A DNA stretch of 63,993 nucleotides, counting the filler. It is 9 parts of 9 records of this genome, joined end to end, with 100 filler letters (N's around TTAATTAATTAA, not from the genome) between each part and the next. Parts side by side here need not be neighbours in the genome. Positions count along the whole stretch, not along the records: positions 35,202 to 45,058 come from SRR31156797_19145; positions 45,159 to 51,372 come from SRR31156797_19151; 7 more parts are not named here. One strand, 5' to 3'. The position numbers were made by a program, and so were the translations under genes. Below, piece by piece: positions 40,521 to 50,370 of the stretch. The notes beneath the pieces were generated by a model. The model was not told where the DNA came from. It made no database searches and saw only the letters and a list, made by a program, of their open reading frames with translations. Numbering within the stretch: position 1 is the first letter of the stretch; every line of letters begins with the position of its first letter.

Positions 40521-40590
40521 TTCTTTCCGTTTTCAGGGATGGTGGCAATTTTTACCGACAAAAACCGTTTTGAATAAGGAGATGCGCGTT

Positions 40591-41301
40591 ATGAAAGAAA
40601 GCGGAAGTTCGAAAACTGCATTGGGGATGGTGTTGAGCGTATGTTTGGTGGCTGTCTTTTTTCTGACAACGGTGCCGGCAACCGCACAGGAAGACTTGAA
40701 ACCTCAGATCCTGGTGGATCAGGCCCTGGCAACGCTGAATGATTTTGTTGCGGAGAAAGACATGGAGTGGTTCAAAAATAACCTGAAACATTCCAAGGGA
40801 ATCCTGATTGTTCCCCAGTTGTTGAAAGCGGGATTTATCTTTGGGGGCTCGGGCGGAAGAGGTGTTGTGTTGATTCGGGATCCCAAAACCGGTCAGTGGA
40901 GCCAACCGGGATTCTACAGCCTCGGTTCGGTGAGCTTCGGTCTGCAGATCGGCGCCGAATCGGCCTCGGTGATCATGCAGGTGCGGACCCAGCGGGGACT
41001 GGAATCCCTTTACGGCACCTCCTTTAAACTGGGCGGTGACTGTTCCGTGGCCGTGGGGCCGGTGGGGGTGGGTGCCTCCGGAAAAGGGGTGACGGGGGAC
41101 CTGGTCTCTTTCTCCCGTTCCCAGGGAGCCTATGCGGGCATTTCTTTCGATGGATCGATGGTTAAGGTGAACGGGGACTATGATAAGGACTACTACGGTA
41201 AGGCGGTGAGGCCGGTGGATATTTTCGTGAAAAAAGACGTGAGCAACCCGGGTTCCGCCAGATTGCGCAACGCCCTCAAAAAGGCGGAAAAGGGGAAATA
41301 G
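40591..41301 (+). CDS. SYLF/Ysc84 lipid-binding domain protein, secreted
   Basis: KAGFIFGGSGGRGV, SFGLQIG, GGDCSVAVGPVG, SRSQGAYAGIS, YYG. Confidence 0.88.
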   Translation: MKESGSSKTALGMVLSVCLVAVFFLTTVPATAQEDLKPQILVDQALATLNDFVAEKDMEWFKNNLKHSKGILIVPQLLKAGFIFGGSGGRGVVLIRDPKTGQWSQPGFYSLGSVSFGLQIGAESASVIMQVRTQRGLESLYGTSFKLGGDCSVAVGPVGVGASGKGVTGDLVSFSRSQGAYAGISFDGSMVKVNGDYDKDYYGKAVRPVDIFVKKDVSNPGSARLRNALKKAEKGK

Positions 41302-41356
41302 GACCGTAGAAAGTATCCCGTTGGAAATTGGAAATCCGTCTTGAGCAACCCAAATC

Positions 41357-41393
41357 AATCCCCGGAAGAGCGTACATCTTCCGGGGGTTTTTT
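41357..41393 (+). terminator. Rho-independent terminator
   Basis: CCCCGGAAGA-loop-TCTTCCGGGG followed by a T-run. Confidence 0.8.
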
Positions 41394-41442
41394 ATGTGAT
41401 CCGGAATGGGCCGGCAATCTTTCATACAATTCAGGGATTGAA

Positions 41443-42387
41443 ATGGAATTTGAGTACTGCAACGATCTTGTGGAAAATATAAACAGAGTGATGATCGGCA
41501 AAACCGAAGCCGTCGAACTACTTCTGGTTGCCCTCATCGGCGGGGGGCATGTGTTGATTGAGGACGTTCCCGGTGTGGGGAAAACACTGATCGCAAAATC
41601 CCTCGCCAGAAGTATGGGCGGGATGTTTAAACGGGTTCAGTTCACCCCCGATCTGCTTCCGGCGGATATCACCGGTTTTAATGTCTACAACCAACAGACG
41701 GCCTCATTCGCTTTCCAGTCGGGTCCCGTCATGACAAACATATTGTTGGCGGACGAAATCAATCGCACGGTCCCCAGAACCCAGGCCAGTCTCTTGGAAA
41801 GCATGGAGGAACACCAGGTGACGGTGGATGGAACCACCCTGAATCTTCCCGAACCGTTTTTCGTGATGGCCACCCAGAACCCCATTGAACTGGAGGGGAC
41901 GTTTCCATTGCCTGAAGCGCAGCTTGATCGTTTTTTGCTGAAAATTGACCTGGGATACCCCACTCCCGAGGAAGAGATCGGCATCATGGACCGGTTCAGG
42001 GATGACGATCCCCTCATGTCCCTCATGCCTGTCCTGCGGCCCACCGATATTGTGAGCATGCAGGAAAAAAGGAAGAAAATCAGAGTATCCCGGCCCATTA
42101 AAGAATATATTGCGGGTATTGTGGGGGCCACGCGACAAAACGGACATTTTCGGTTCGGTGCAAGTCCCCGCGGTTCCCTGGGGTTGATGCGTGCGGCCCA
42201 GGCCTTGTCGGCTGTTCGCGGCAGGGGCTATGTGATTCCCGATGACGTCAAATACCTGGCAATACCGGTCCTGGCCCATCGCCTGATTTTGAAGGACCGG
42301 GAGAAATTGAAGGGCGGTACCACAAGAGATTTCCTGAACAAAATTGTGGAAACCGTACCGGTACCGATCCATGAAAATCAGTCCTGA
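41443..42387 (+). CDS. MoxR-family AAA+ ATPase
   Basis: EDVPGVGKT, QFTPDLLPAD, LADEINR, ATQNPIE, LPEAQLDRF, SPR. Confidence 0.95.
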   Translation: MEFEYCNDLVENINRVMIGKTEAVELLLVALIGGGHVLIEDVPGVGKTLIAKSLARSMGGMFKRVQFTPDLLPADITGFNVYNQQTASFAFQSGPVMTNILLADEINRTVPRTQASLLESMEEHQVTVDGTTLNLPEPFFVMATQNPIELEGTFPLPEAQLDRFLLKIDLGYPTPEEEIGIMDRFRDDDPLMSLMPVLRPTDIVSMQEKRKKIRVSRPIKEYIAGIVGATRQNGHFRFGASPRGSLGLMRAAQALSAVRGRGYVIPDDVKYLAIPVLAHRLILKDREKLKGGTTRDFLNKIVETVPVPIHENQS

Positions 42388-43570
42388 GTGGGAACAAAAA
42401 CTGGACGTTTTGCCCCAGGGCATTTTTTTCACCTCTTTCGTATCGGCTTTTGTGGTGTTGGCCCTCTTTTTGGCATTGCTGTACAAGCAGATGGATCTGA
42501 CCCTGTTTGCCCTGATCATTATTATCATGACCGCCGGATTGAAATTCTGGAGCTCATTCAGCCCCAGGGCATTGAATTACCGGGTTAGTATTGACAAGCC
42601 GAAAGTATTTCCGGGGGAGAAGATCGATTTTAAGGTCGCCATTGAAAATCATAAATTCCTGCCGGTTCTGGCTGTCATCAGGTTATCGTTCCCCCAATCC
42701 CTGGTATCGGGTAACCGGGACGTGCGCTTCAGAGCACAAAGCGGCATCCTTTGGCATCAGAAGATATCCTTTCACCGGGAATTGTCTCCGGCCCGAAGAG
42801 GCTTGTACCGAACCGGTTCTCCTCGATTGATAACGGGGGATTTTTTCGGTTTTTTCCCCAGGCCGACCAAGGGAAAGCAGGGAGTGGATGTGCTGGTATT
42901 TCCCCGTATGGTACCCATTCAACCGTTTCCGGTCCTGAACCGGATCATGTTCGGGAAAAAAGCGGATGCGGGTCCCATCCACGATCCCATCCGTATCCTG
43001 GGGACCCGGGATTACCGGAGTTTCAGTTCGGCCAGAAATATCCACTGGAAAGCGAGTGCCCGCCATCACAAACTGCAGGAGAAGATATTCGAGGTAACGG
43101 AGCAGGAAAAGGTCCTCATGATCCTCGAAGCCGACGGATTTTTGGAGAATGCCCATGAGAAGGCCTTTGAGCGCACCATTGAAGTGATTGCGTCCCTATC
43201 CTTTGAAATGGATCTTAACAACTATGCGGTCGGGTTTCTCACCAATTGTTTCATGAACGGCACGGGACCCCAATTTTTAGGGCCGGCACGAAAACCCGGC
43301 CATCTTTCAAAGCTTTTTGAAATGATGGCAAGGATTGATTTTGAATTGACCCGTCCGATGAATGAATTTTTACAAAAAGCATCATACCCCTTGGCCGGAT
43401 CCGATTGCCTTTATTTTTCATATGAACCGGTGGATCATTCCTTTTCATGGATGCCGACAAGGGTGCCGGTGACCAATATCATTTCCCAGCCCCTTCATGC
43501 CATACCGAACAAGCCCTTCAATGACACGGTCCGGCACTGTTTTCTGGAAGAGATTTGCAGGGCCGCTTGA
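42371..43570 (+). CDS. DUF58 protein
   Basis: N-terminal TMs, RRG, GDFFG, RDY...RNIHWKASAR; follows MoxR. Confidence 0.88.
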   Translation: MKISPEWEQKLDVLPQGIFFTSFVSAFVVLALFLALLYKQMDLTLFALIIIIMTAGLKFWSSFSPRALNYRVSIDKPKVFPGEKIDFKVAIENHKFLPVLAVIRLSFPQSLVSGNRDVRFRAQSGILWHQKISFHRELSPARRGLYRTGSPRLITGDFFGFFPRPTKGKQGVDVLVFPRMVPIQPFPVLNRIMFGKKADAGPIHDPIRILGTRDYRSFSSARNIHWKASARHHKLQEKIFEVTEQEKVLMILEADGFLENAHEKAFERTIEVIASLSFEMDLNNYAVGFLTNCFMNGTGPQFLGPARKPGHLSKLFEMMARIDFELTRPMNEFLQKASYPLAGSDCLYFSYEPVDHSFSWMPTRVPVTNIISQPLHAIPNKPFNDTVRHCFLEEICRAA

Positions 43571-43571
43571 G

Positions 43572-44978
43572 ATGAAAAACGGGTCCGGAAACATCTTCAT
43601 ATCCCTTTCAGGCGCAGGAATGGCGTTATGTTGGTTGCAGGCCTGGGCCGCATTTATTTTTTATGCCCTTTTCAAGTATCACCTACCCTTGTTATTTACA
43701 CTTTTCATTTATGGTTGCGGCGTGATCACCAATTATTTCTGCTATTGCCGGGAACGGATGCGCATACAGGTCTTCGTGATAAAACTCATCCTGTTTCCCT
43801 CTACCCTTTTGACCGCCACCCATTTTTTTCTATTTCGATACAACGACAATGCGGCCCCGCTCCATTTGTCCCGATTGTTCACCTGCCAGAAAGCATTTGT
43901 GGATTGGGGCCTGCCCCTGACCATTGTACTGCTGGCAGGCATCATTTGGAAAAGAAGCACCATCCATGTGGTAAAACCCCTGAATCTGGAAAATGTCTAT
44001 GACCGGTTGGATTTGGGAATCGCGGCCCTATTCGGTTTGATGATTGTCAAGTTGTTGCTTTTTGCACGATTTGGGGTGACAATGGATCATCCGGATTTGA
44101 AATACCTTTTTCTCCCCTTCTTCCTTTTTGCCCTGTTGACCATCGGGTTGATGTTGGGCCTCGGAAAAAAGAACAAGGCATATACTTCCGGATTTCAGAA
44201 AATCGGGGTTGCCCTGAGCTTTGCCGTTGTGATGCTGTCCGGTGGACTGGGGCTGGTCTTTCTGTTTCACTCTCAACTGATTGCGTCCGCCGAAACCGTA
44301 TCCGGCGTTTTGAAAAAAGCGGGTCCCCCCCTGGAAGGCGCCGTCATATGGCTTGCGCGACTGTTATGGTCTCCCAGACGAAACCATGAATTGCCCCCTT
44401 CATCCGTGCCCGAGGATCAAAATTTCCAGCGCAACCTGACCGATGGCCCCATGGAAACCGGTTGGTTGATGGAGGCCGTCAAATGGGGAGCAACCGCCTT
44501 GATTGTATTGGGGCTTCTGGTTGCGCTCTATTATCTGATCCGGTATCTGATCAGGTTTCTGTTAACCAAAACCGGTTCGGTCCATTTGCAGAATTCAGGG
44601 CCGTTTAATTTTTTGGAATGGATAAACCGACTTAAATCATTCATTTCCCGATTATTTAACCGGATGGTCGTCCTGGCCAGAGGGATCGATTCGGCACACG
44701 CTTTATTCAAGGCGCTGGTGTCATGGGGCCGGAGAAGCGGTATCCCTTATAAAAAGAGCGACACCCCAAGGGAATATGGGGCCCGCCTGACGGCCTCTTT
44801 CCCCGATTTGGAAACTGAAATCGAAATAATCGTCCATCTCCTTTACCGGGCCGTTTACGGGGAAATGGCGCTCAATCCCCGTCAGATTGCCCAAGGAAGG
44901 AAAGCAAAAAGGAAAATGTCCCATCCCAAATTCTGGAAAGAGAGGATGAAAACCTGGGTGTTTTCTCCCGAAAATTGA
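43572..44978 (+). CDS. Polytopic membrane protein with DUF4129-like C-terminus
   Basis: Many TM helices; C-terminal SDTPREYG...YRAVYG. Confidence 0.75.
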   Translation: MKNGSGNIFISLSGAGMALCWLQAWAAFIFYALFKYHLPLLFTLFIYGCGVITNYFCYCRERMRIQVFVIKLILFPSTLLTATHFFLFRYNDNAAPLHLSRLFTCQKAFVDWGLPLTIVLLAGIIWKRSTIHVVKPLNLENVYDRLDLGIAALFGLMIVKLLLFARFGVTMDHPDLKYLFLPFFLFALLTIGLMLGLGKKNKAYTSGFQKIGVALSFAVVMLSGGLGLVFLFHSQLIASAETVSGVLKKAGPPLEGAVIWLARLLWSPRRNHELPPSSVPEDQNFQRNLTDGPMETGWLMEAVKWGATALIVLGLLVALYYLIRYLIRFLLTKTGSVHLQNSGPFNFLEWINRLKSFISRLFNRMVVLARGIDSAHALFKALVSWGRRSGIPYKKSDTPREYGARLTASFPDLETEIEIIVHLLYRAVYGEMALNPRQIAQGRKAKRKMSHPKFWKERMKTWVFSPEN

Positions 44979-45058
44979 GGATGTAAAACATGAAAAAACT
45001 CGGATCATCGCGGATTAACGGGAAAACGACCCCGGAGGGGTAAAGTCGTATAGCCGGT

Positions 45059-45158
45059 NNNNNNNNNNNNNNNNNNNNNNNNNNNNNNNNNNNNNNNNNN
45101 NNTTAATTAATTAANNNNNNNNNNNNNNNNNNNNNNNNNNNNNNNNNNNNNNNNNNNN
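45059..45158. other. Artificial contig spacer
   Basis: N-run with TTAATTAATTAA. Confidence 0.99.
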
Positions 45159-45270
45159 AGCAGAAGGATCATTCCTTTCTTTTTCATAGATAACTCCTCT
45201 TATTGTTTCCGGCGCCGTCTGGCAGTTCCGGTGATTAACATGCTCAGGATGCGCGAATGCACTTCCCCTG

Positions 45271-46401
45271 TCAGCCGGCTTTGTTAAAGCCGCCGTAGGC
45301 GGAAAGGAAGGCGTAAAGCGCCGCCCCCCTGGCAGTGCTGTCCTGTTTGTAGTCCTGGTAGATTAGTTTGTTGTTGTATAAAGAGCGTCTTCCGGATTTG
45401 CTGTACAGGTATTCCTCCAGTTTCTGGGAGAGGAAGGGATTGAGGGATGTGATCCTCCCCGTGAGTATGATGGCCTGCGGATCGAGAAGGGATATTATGG
45501 TCAGTATGGACTCGGCCAGATAGGACGCCGCGCCTGTGATCAGGTTCTGGACATCTTCGTTCCTGTCGTCAATGGCTCCTTTGAGGAATTCCATCAGGTC
45601 CATTCCCTTTTTCAGCTCATCCGTTTCGTTTATTTCCCTGAGAACGGAACTCAACGCATCCTCTGACGCTACGGTTTCCAGGCAGCCCTTTCGCCCGCAG
45701 CGGCACTCGATGTCCCTGTCGGTGATATGGATGTGTCCCAGATCGGAGGCGAAGCCGTTCTCTCCCATCAGCAGCTCACCCCTGTGAAAGAAGGCGGAGC
45801 CGATTCCCTTTCCCACGAAGATATAGACCAGGGAGTGAAAGGGATCGTACTGGAACTGACTGTCGTACATACCCATGGCTTCGACATTGTTGATCGTATG
45901 GATGGGTATGGAATAATCATCAGCCAGAAGCCGTTTCAGGTTCTCCTTGTCGTAGGGGTAATGGGGCAGGGCCAGTACGATGGACTGGATGCGGTTTGAG
46001 GGATCGGAGATAAAAGACCCAATGGCCGGCCTCAGTGTTTCGGCAACGGCTTTGCTGCTGAAATCATTGATCAGAACCGGCGTCTCTCCGCTGATCTTGA
46101 ACTCGAGATCAACCAGGGCGATGCTGCTGTTCTCGAAGGTCAGGTTGATCACCAGGATGCGGGCATGAGAGCCGTCTCGGGAGAAGAGGTCCGTCTTGCG
46201 TCCGGTTCCCGGGCTGTTGAGCTTGCCGCTCTTTCTGATAATCCCCTCATCCAGGATCTCGTTCATTATGGTGGATACGGTACTGGGGGCGAGGCCGGTG
46301 TTGTCGATGATCTCGTGTCGGGAGATCTGTTTCGCTCTCAGGATCTCCCTCATGATGGCTTCTCTGTTGTTCTGTCTTAGCTCGTTGGATCTGTTTATCA
46401 T
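45271..46401 (-). CDS. ROK-family transcriptional regulator
   Basis: N-terminal HTH, GKGIGSA, DLGH, CRCGRKGCLET. Confidence 0.93.
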   Translation of the reverse strand: MINRSNELRQNNREAIMREILRAKQISRHEIIDNTGLAPSTVSTIMNEILDEGIIRKSGKLNSPGTGRKTDLFSRDGSHARILVINLTFENSSIALVDLEFKISGETPVLINDFSSKAVAETLRPAIGSFISDPSNRIQSIVLALPHYPYDKENLKRLLADDYSIPIHTINNVEAMGMYDSQFQYDPFHSLVYIFVGKGIGSAFFHRGELLMGENGFASDLGHIHITDRDIECRCGRKGCLETVASEDALSSVLREINETDELKKGMDLMEFLKGAIDDRNEDVQNLITGAASYLAESILTIISLLDPQAIILTGRITSLNPFLSQKLEEYLYSKSGRRSLYNNKLIYQDYKQDSTARGAALYAFLSAYGGFNKAG

Positions 46402-46477
46402 TTAATTCACCATATGAAATAATATAAATCAATATATATTATGATTTAAATTTGAAGCTACGGCGATTTACTATTAT

Positions 46478-46500
46478 ATTAATTCGCCACTCGTATTAAT
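46478..46500. promoter_or_regulatory. Candidate ROK operator
   Basis: 23-bp palindrome ATTAATTCG-CCACT-CGTATTAAT in the AT-rich region upstream of the ROK gene. Confidence 0.5.
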
Positions 46501-46540
46501 AGTAAAGCATTGAAACAGATATCTGTCAAATGAAATCCAT

Positions 46541-46582
46541 AAAAAAGGGCTGTCGCCTATGTAAATGCGCAGCAGCCCCTTT
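46541..46582 (-). terminator. Probable terminator after the CynX-like gene
   Basis: GGGCTG...CAGCCC stem with an A-tract on + (U-tract on -). Confidence 0.6.
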
Positions 46583-46609
46583 GCCGTGTCAGGAGTTCCG
46601 GGTAATACC

Positions 46610-47788
46610 CTATGCCTCTATTATCCCTTCGCGCCCGGCCTTCCATCCGAAGACCAGAAGCATCAATAAGCAGGAGATGAGGATCCCGATGGACGCTGCC
46701 CAGGAGCCGCTGAGATCGAACACCCATCCCAGAAAAAAGGGTCCGACAGCTGCAAGAAGGTATCCTGCCGACTGGGACATCCCGGAGAGCTCCGCAGCCT
46801 TCCGGGCATGGGGAGAGCGGAGGGAGATAAACATGATTGCGAGGCTGATGCTTCCCCCCATGCCTATGCCTATGAGCGCAACGGCGAGTACCGTGGACAG
46901 GGCTGATTCTGTCAGGAACATCAGAATCATCCCTGTCAGATACACAAGAGAGGAGAGGGTCGTGATCATCCTCTGATCTTTGAATCGGTCGGCGATGATA
47001 GGCATCAGCAGGGTGGTCGGCAGTCCTATCATCTGGAAAAGCAGAGCCATCATCCCTGCGAACTCAATGTCCATTCCCTTAGACGCCACCATGGAGGGAA
47101 GCCAGGCAACCAGGCAGTAGAATAGCAGAGATTGGGTCCCCATGAAGAGGGTGACCCACCAGGCCAGAGGATAGCTCCAGACCGAGCCGGAGGGGGCCTT
47201 CTTTTTCATCTCCCCCTCTGTCGGGGGCGGCGAGGATTTTTCCAGTTGGGGAAGCCAGATGAACACAGTCGTCAGGGTCAGAACAGTCCATACCGCCAGG
47301 GCCTGTCTCCATCCCCAGCCCAGCCCCAGGGCAAGGGGGACGCTGACCCCCGCGCCCACTGCGGCGAAAACGCACATACAGGTCGTGTATACGCTTATCA
47401 TGATACCCACTTTCTTTCCAAAGCTGTGTTTGATGATACTGGGGATCAGGACGTTGCCGACGGCGATTCCCATTCCCAGTAGGATCGTTCCCAGAAAGAG
47501 CCCGGAGCTGTCGGTATAGGATCTGATCAGCTCACCGGCGATTATAAGAATCAATCCTCCCAGCATCGTCCTGCCGGAACCGAGTCGGGTGCTGATCTTC
47601 GGGACGAAGGGGGAAAAGAGGGCAAAGGCTATCAGGGGGAGGGTCGTTATGCCTCCCGCAAGGCTGTTGCTCAGGTCAAACTGGTCCTTGATCAGTTCGA
47701 TGATGGGACCCACAGAGGTTATGGGAGCCCTTAGGTTAAAGGAGATAAATACTATCCCTATAAGGAGGAGACCGTTCTTTTTCTTCAT
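46610..47788 (-). CDS. CynX/NimT-family MFS transporter
   Basis: NLRAPITSVGP, GNVLIPSIIK, LSGMSQSAGYLLAAVGP. Confidence 0.9.
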   Translation of the reverse strand: MKKKNGLLLIGIVFISFNLRAPITSVGPIIELIKDQFDLSNSLAGGITTLPLIAFALFSPFVPKISTRLGSGRTMLGGLILIIAGELIRSYTDSSGLFLGTILLGMGIAVGNVLIPSIIKHSFGKKVGIMISVYTTCMCVFAAVGAGVSVPLALGLGWGWRQALAVWTVLTLTTVFIWLPQLEKSSPPPTEGEMKKKAPSGSVWSYPLAWWVTLFMGTQSLLFYCLVAWLPSMVASKGMDIEFAGMMALLFQMIGLPTTLLMPIIADRFKDQRMITTLSSLVYLTGMILMFLTESALSTVLAVALIGIGMGGSISLAIMFISLRSPHARKAAELSGMSQSAGYLLAAVGPFFLGWVFDLSGSWAASIGILISCLLMLLVFGWKAGREGIIEA

Positions 47789-47805
47789 CAATTCACCTTT
47801 TTGCA

Positions 47806-48462
47806 TTAAATATTGAGTATCTCAAGAAGGGCTTTTTCCGCTTTCTCACAGTCCTGCTCCCGGATGGCTTCGAATAGGGTCTCATGAAGCATATCTACGG
47901 CCTCAACCTGAAGATCCGGCCGTTCCATCGTCTGCTGCACCGTCTTGGCAATGTATTGGGCCGTATGCATGTACAGATCGTAGAAAATCCTGTTATGACA
48001 GGCCTTGGCGATGACCCTGTGGAATTCGAGATCGGCCCTTGTATTCTCCCCGGGGCTCAGCTCCACCTCATTTCTTTTTTTCAGAGCAGTACGCATCGCC
48101 CCAATATCCGATTCGTCCCGTTTTCTGGCGGCCAGCCTCACGATCTCCCTCTCCAGGCAGCATCTGACTTCATATATTTCTGTCATATCCGAGTCAGTCA
48201 GGCGTCTGTACATATTGGCTTCGAAGGTTCCCGATGCCATGACATAGGTACCGTCTCCCTGTCGAGCCTCCAGTACGCCGGCATGGATCAGGGATTGAAT
48301 CGCCTCCCGGATGGTGTTTCGGCTGACATTGAATATTCTGATCAACTCCGGCTCAGGGGGGATCCTGCATCCGATTTTGAACTGACCATTGCGGATTTCT
48401 CTCTCAATCTCATCGGCAATCTGCCGGGGAAGGGAAAGGCGGACCGGTCTTGTTACGTTCAC
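47806..48462 (-). CDS. GntR/FadR-family regulator
   Basis: IPPEPEL...VSRNTIREA...QGDGTYV and FCD domain; GGAGG before GTG 48462. Confidence 0.9.
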   Translation of the reverse strand: MNVTRPVRLSLPRQIADEIEREIRNGQFKIGCRIPPEPELIRIFNVSRNTIREAIQSLIHAGVLEARQGDGTYVMASGTFEANMYRRLTDSDMTEIYEVRCCLEREIVRLAARKRDESDIGAMRTALKKRNEVELSPGENTRADLEFHRVIAKACHNRIFYDLYMHTAQYIAKTVQQTMERPDLQVEAVDMLHETLFEAIREQDCEKAEKALLEILNI

Positions 48463-48475
48463 TTGCAAACCTCCA

Positions 48476-48518
48476 ATCATCGGATGTTTAAAATAGGGGA
48501 ATGATCTCTCCGTGTCAA
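48476..48518 (-). promoter_or_regulatory. Sigma-70 promoter and candidate FadR operator
   Basis: TTGACA-17 nt-TATTTT, immediately followed by palindrome CATC-C-GATG (AAACATCCGATGAT). Confidence 0.65.
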
Positions 48519-48597
48519 TACGCTTCAAGGGGGGGATAGCCGGGTTGGAGGACGCAGATGGGCTGCAGCAAAGGCGCGGCTTCAGATCGATGAGAAA

Positions 48598-48654
48598 GAA
48601 AAAAATCCCCGATGATCTTTGGAGTGCCGTGACTCCGGTCGATAATCGGGGATT
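48598..48654 (-). terminator. Terminator after the permease
   Basis: AATCCCCGAT...ATCGGGGATT stem with a U-tract on the minus strand. Confidence 0.65.
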
Positions 48655-48703
48655 CAGATCAGATCATCAGGACGGTTCGGCCGTGATGACAGAGGCGGCG
48701 GGG

Positions 48704-50233
48704 TTACACGTAGTCAAATCCCTCGGGGACGGTGAAGTCCTTCTTGAATAAATTGAAACAGAAGCAGATGCCCGCCATGATCATGTATCCCCAGAAGAAG
48801 GGATTGAGACTGAAGGTCAGGCTGGGGGAGTGGATGAATCCCACCAGGGCCAGTGCGGCGGCGGCGAGGCTGACGAAGCCCGCCTTGTCCAGCCTCTTGT
48901 CGATGATAAAGGCGGTCACCGTCGCCCAGATCATGGCCGTGATGATGGCTCCGTACTTCAGAGCGGGAACGCCGGGCCACATAACCCCTTCGTTGATCAG
49001 GGCCTGGGTCACCTCGGGGGTGAACTCGTAGACGCCCTGGGTGTAGAGGGTCAGCTGGATCTCGGTGAAGGCGTAATCCGCCATATGGGGGACGAAGGCC
49101 ACGGCCACGGCCGCTCCGTGACGGAGGGGACGGGCTTCCCGGAAGGCCTGGACGATGATGGTCACCGAACACCAGATGAAGGTAATGGCGGCGATCACCG
49201 GGGGCATCAGGGAGTTGATAAAGGCGTAGGCTCCGAAGATTCCCGCTGCGCCCAGGATGACGCCGGAGATCCAGGAGTAGCCGGCGCCGGCGTGTCCTTT
49301 CTTGAGGCCGGGATGTCCCAGCCAGACGGTGTTGGGAACCACGCCGCCGAAGAGGGCGGAGAGCATGGTCATGGCGCCGTCCGCGATCTGGGCTTCCTTG
49401 ACGCTGTAGTTGTCTCCCGCCGCGTTGGCGGACTCGACGTTGTCCATGGTTTCGATAAAGTTGTAGATCTGGATGGGGATGATCACGACCAGATAGGGCA
49501 CGATCAGGGCCATACCCTTGACGATGGCCTGAATGCCCTTGACCGGGTTGGTCAGGGTGAAGCCGAAGCCGCTGAAATCGGGGGTGATCCGTCCCAGGAT
49601 TCCGGCGTACACGATACCGCCGATGACGGCGACCAGCAGAGCGGGGATCTTCTTGGGGAAGAGGTAGCCTCCGATCAGGCCGATGATGGCGATCAGCAGC
49701 ACGGGCATTCCCAGGATGGGGTCGGCGTATACGTCATAGAATCCCTTGTTGAACATCCATACCAGGGCGATGCCCCCGACCGTTCCCAGCAGGGCCGCCC
49801 GGGGCAGATACTTTTTCAGCCAGGGGCCGATGACGGAGCCCAGGGCCTCGATGACCCCTCCCAGGAAGGTGGCGGCGACGGCGGCCATCCATACCTTTTC
49901 GGGATCCCCGATGGCGTAGTGCAGGGGAGCGATAACACCCCAGAGGTAGACGAACATGGCCGGTGTGGAGACGCCGGAGGGGAGGGCGGTGACATCGCTG
50001 CGCCCCTCTTTCTTCGCCAGTCTGTGGGCCATCCAGGCGTAATAGATTCCCGAACCCATCAGTCCGATGGACATACCGGGGATCACCCGGCCGAAGACCA
50101 GTTCTCCGGGCCACTCGAACACGTAGAGCAGGACACCGATGACGATGATGTAGTTTACGATGTTTCCTGCCAGACTATAGGCCATTCCGCCTATGTCTCC
50201 GCTCCGGAATACCGGCAGCTTGGATTTTTCCAT
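48704..50233 (-). CDS. NCS2/AzgA-like (xanthine/uracil/vitamin C) permease
   Basis: Highly hydrophobic; DVTALPSG, PRAALLG, NVESANAAGD, GHPGLK; family recognised by eye. Confidence 0.7.
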   Translation of the reverse strand: MEKSKLPVFRSGDIGGMAYSLAGNIVNYIIVIGVLLYVFEWPGELVFGRVIPGMSIGLMGSGIYYAWMAHRLAKKEGRSDVTALPSGVSTPAMFVYLWGVIAPLHYAIGDPEKVWMAAVAATFLGGVIEALGSVIGPWLKKYLPRAALLGTVGGIALVWMFNKGFYDVYADPILGMPVLLIAIIGLIGGYLFPKKIPALLVAVIGGIVYAGILGRITPDFSGFGFTLTNPVKGIQAIVKGMALIVPYLVVIIPIQIYNFIETMDNVESANAAGDNYSVKEAQIADGAMTMLSALFGGVVPNTVWLGHPGLKKGHAGAGYSWISGVILGAAGIFGAYAFINSLMPPVIAAITFIWCSVTIIVQAFREARPLRHGAAVAVAFVPHMADYAFTEIQLTLYTQGVYEFTPEVTQALINEGVMWPGVPALKYGAIITAMIWATVTAFIIDKRLDKAGFVSLAAAALALVGFIHSPSLTFSLNPFFWGYMIMAGICFCFNLFKKDFTVPEGFDYV

Positions 50234-50370
50234 ATCTCTTGCTCCTATTCTTCTACTGAGGCTCCGCTTGGCGCCTCAGCGATTTGCTTGGATAGGGCCC
50301 GGGGGCCTGTTCTTCCATCGGGACCGGGGGACGGACCCGATGGGCTCGCTTTGCCGCGGACTGGAAAATC

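Noticed and set aside
41443-44978. MoxR-DUF58-membrane protein trio as a novel system
   Set aside because: A common, well-known gene arrangement.
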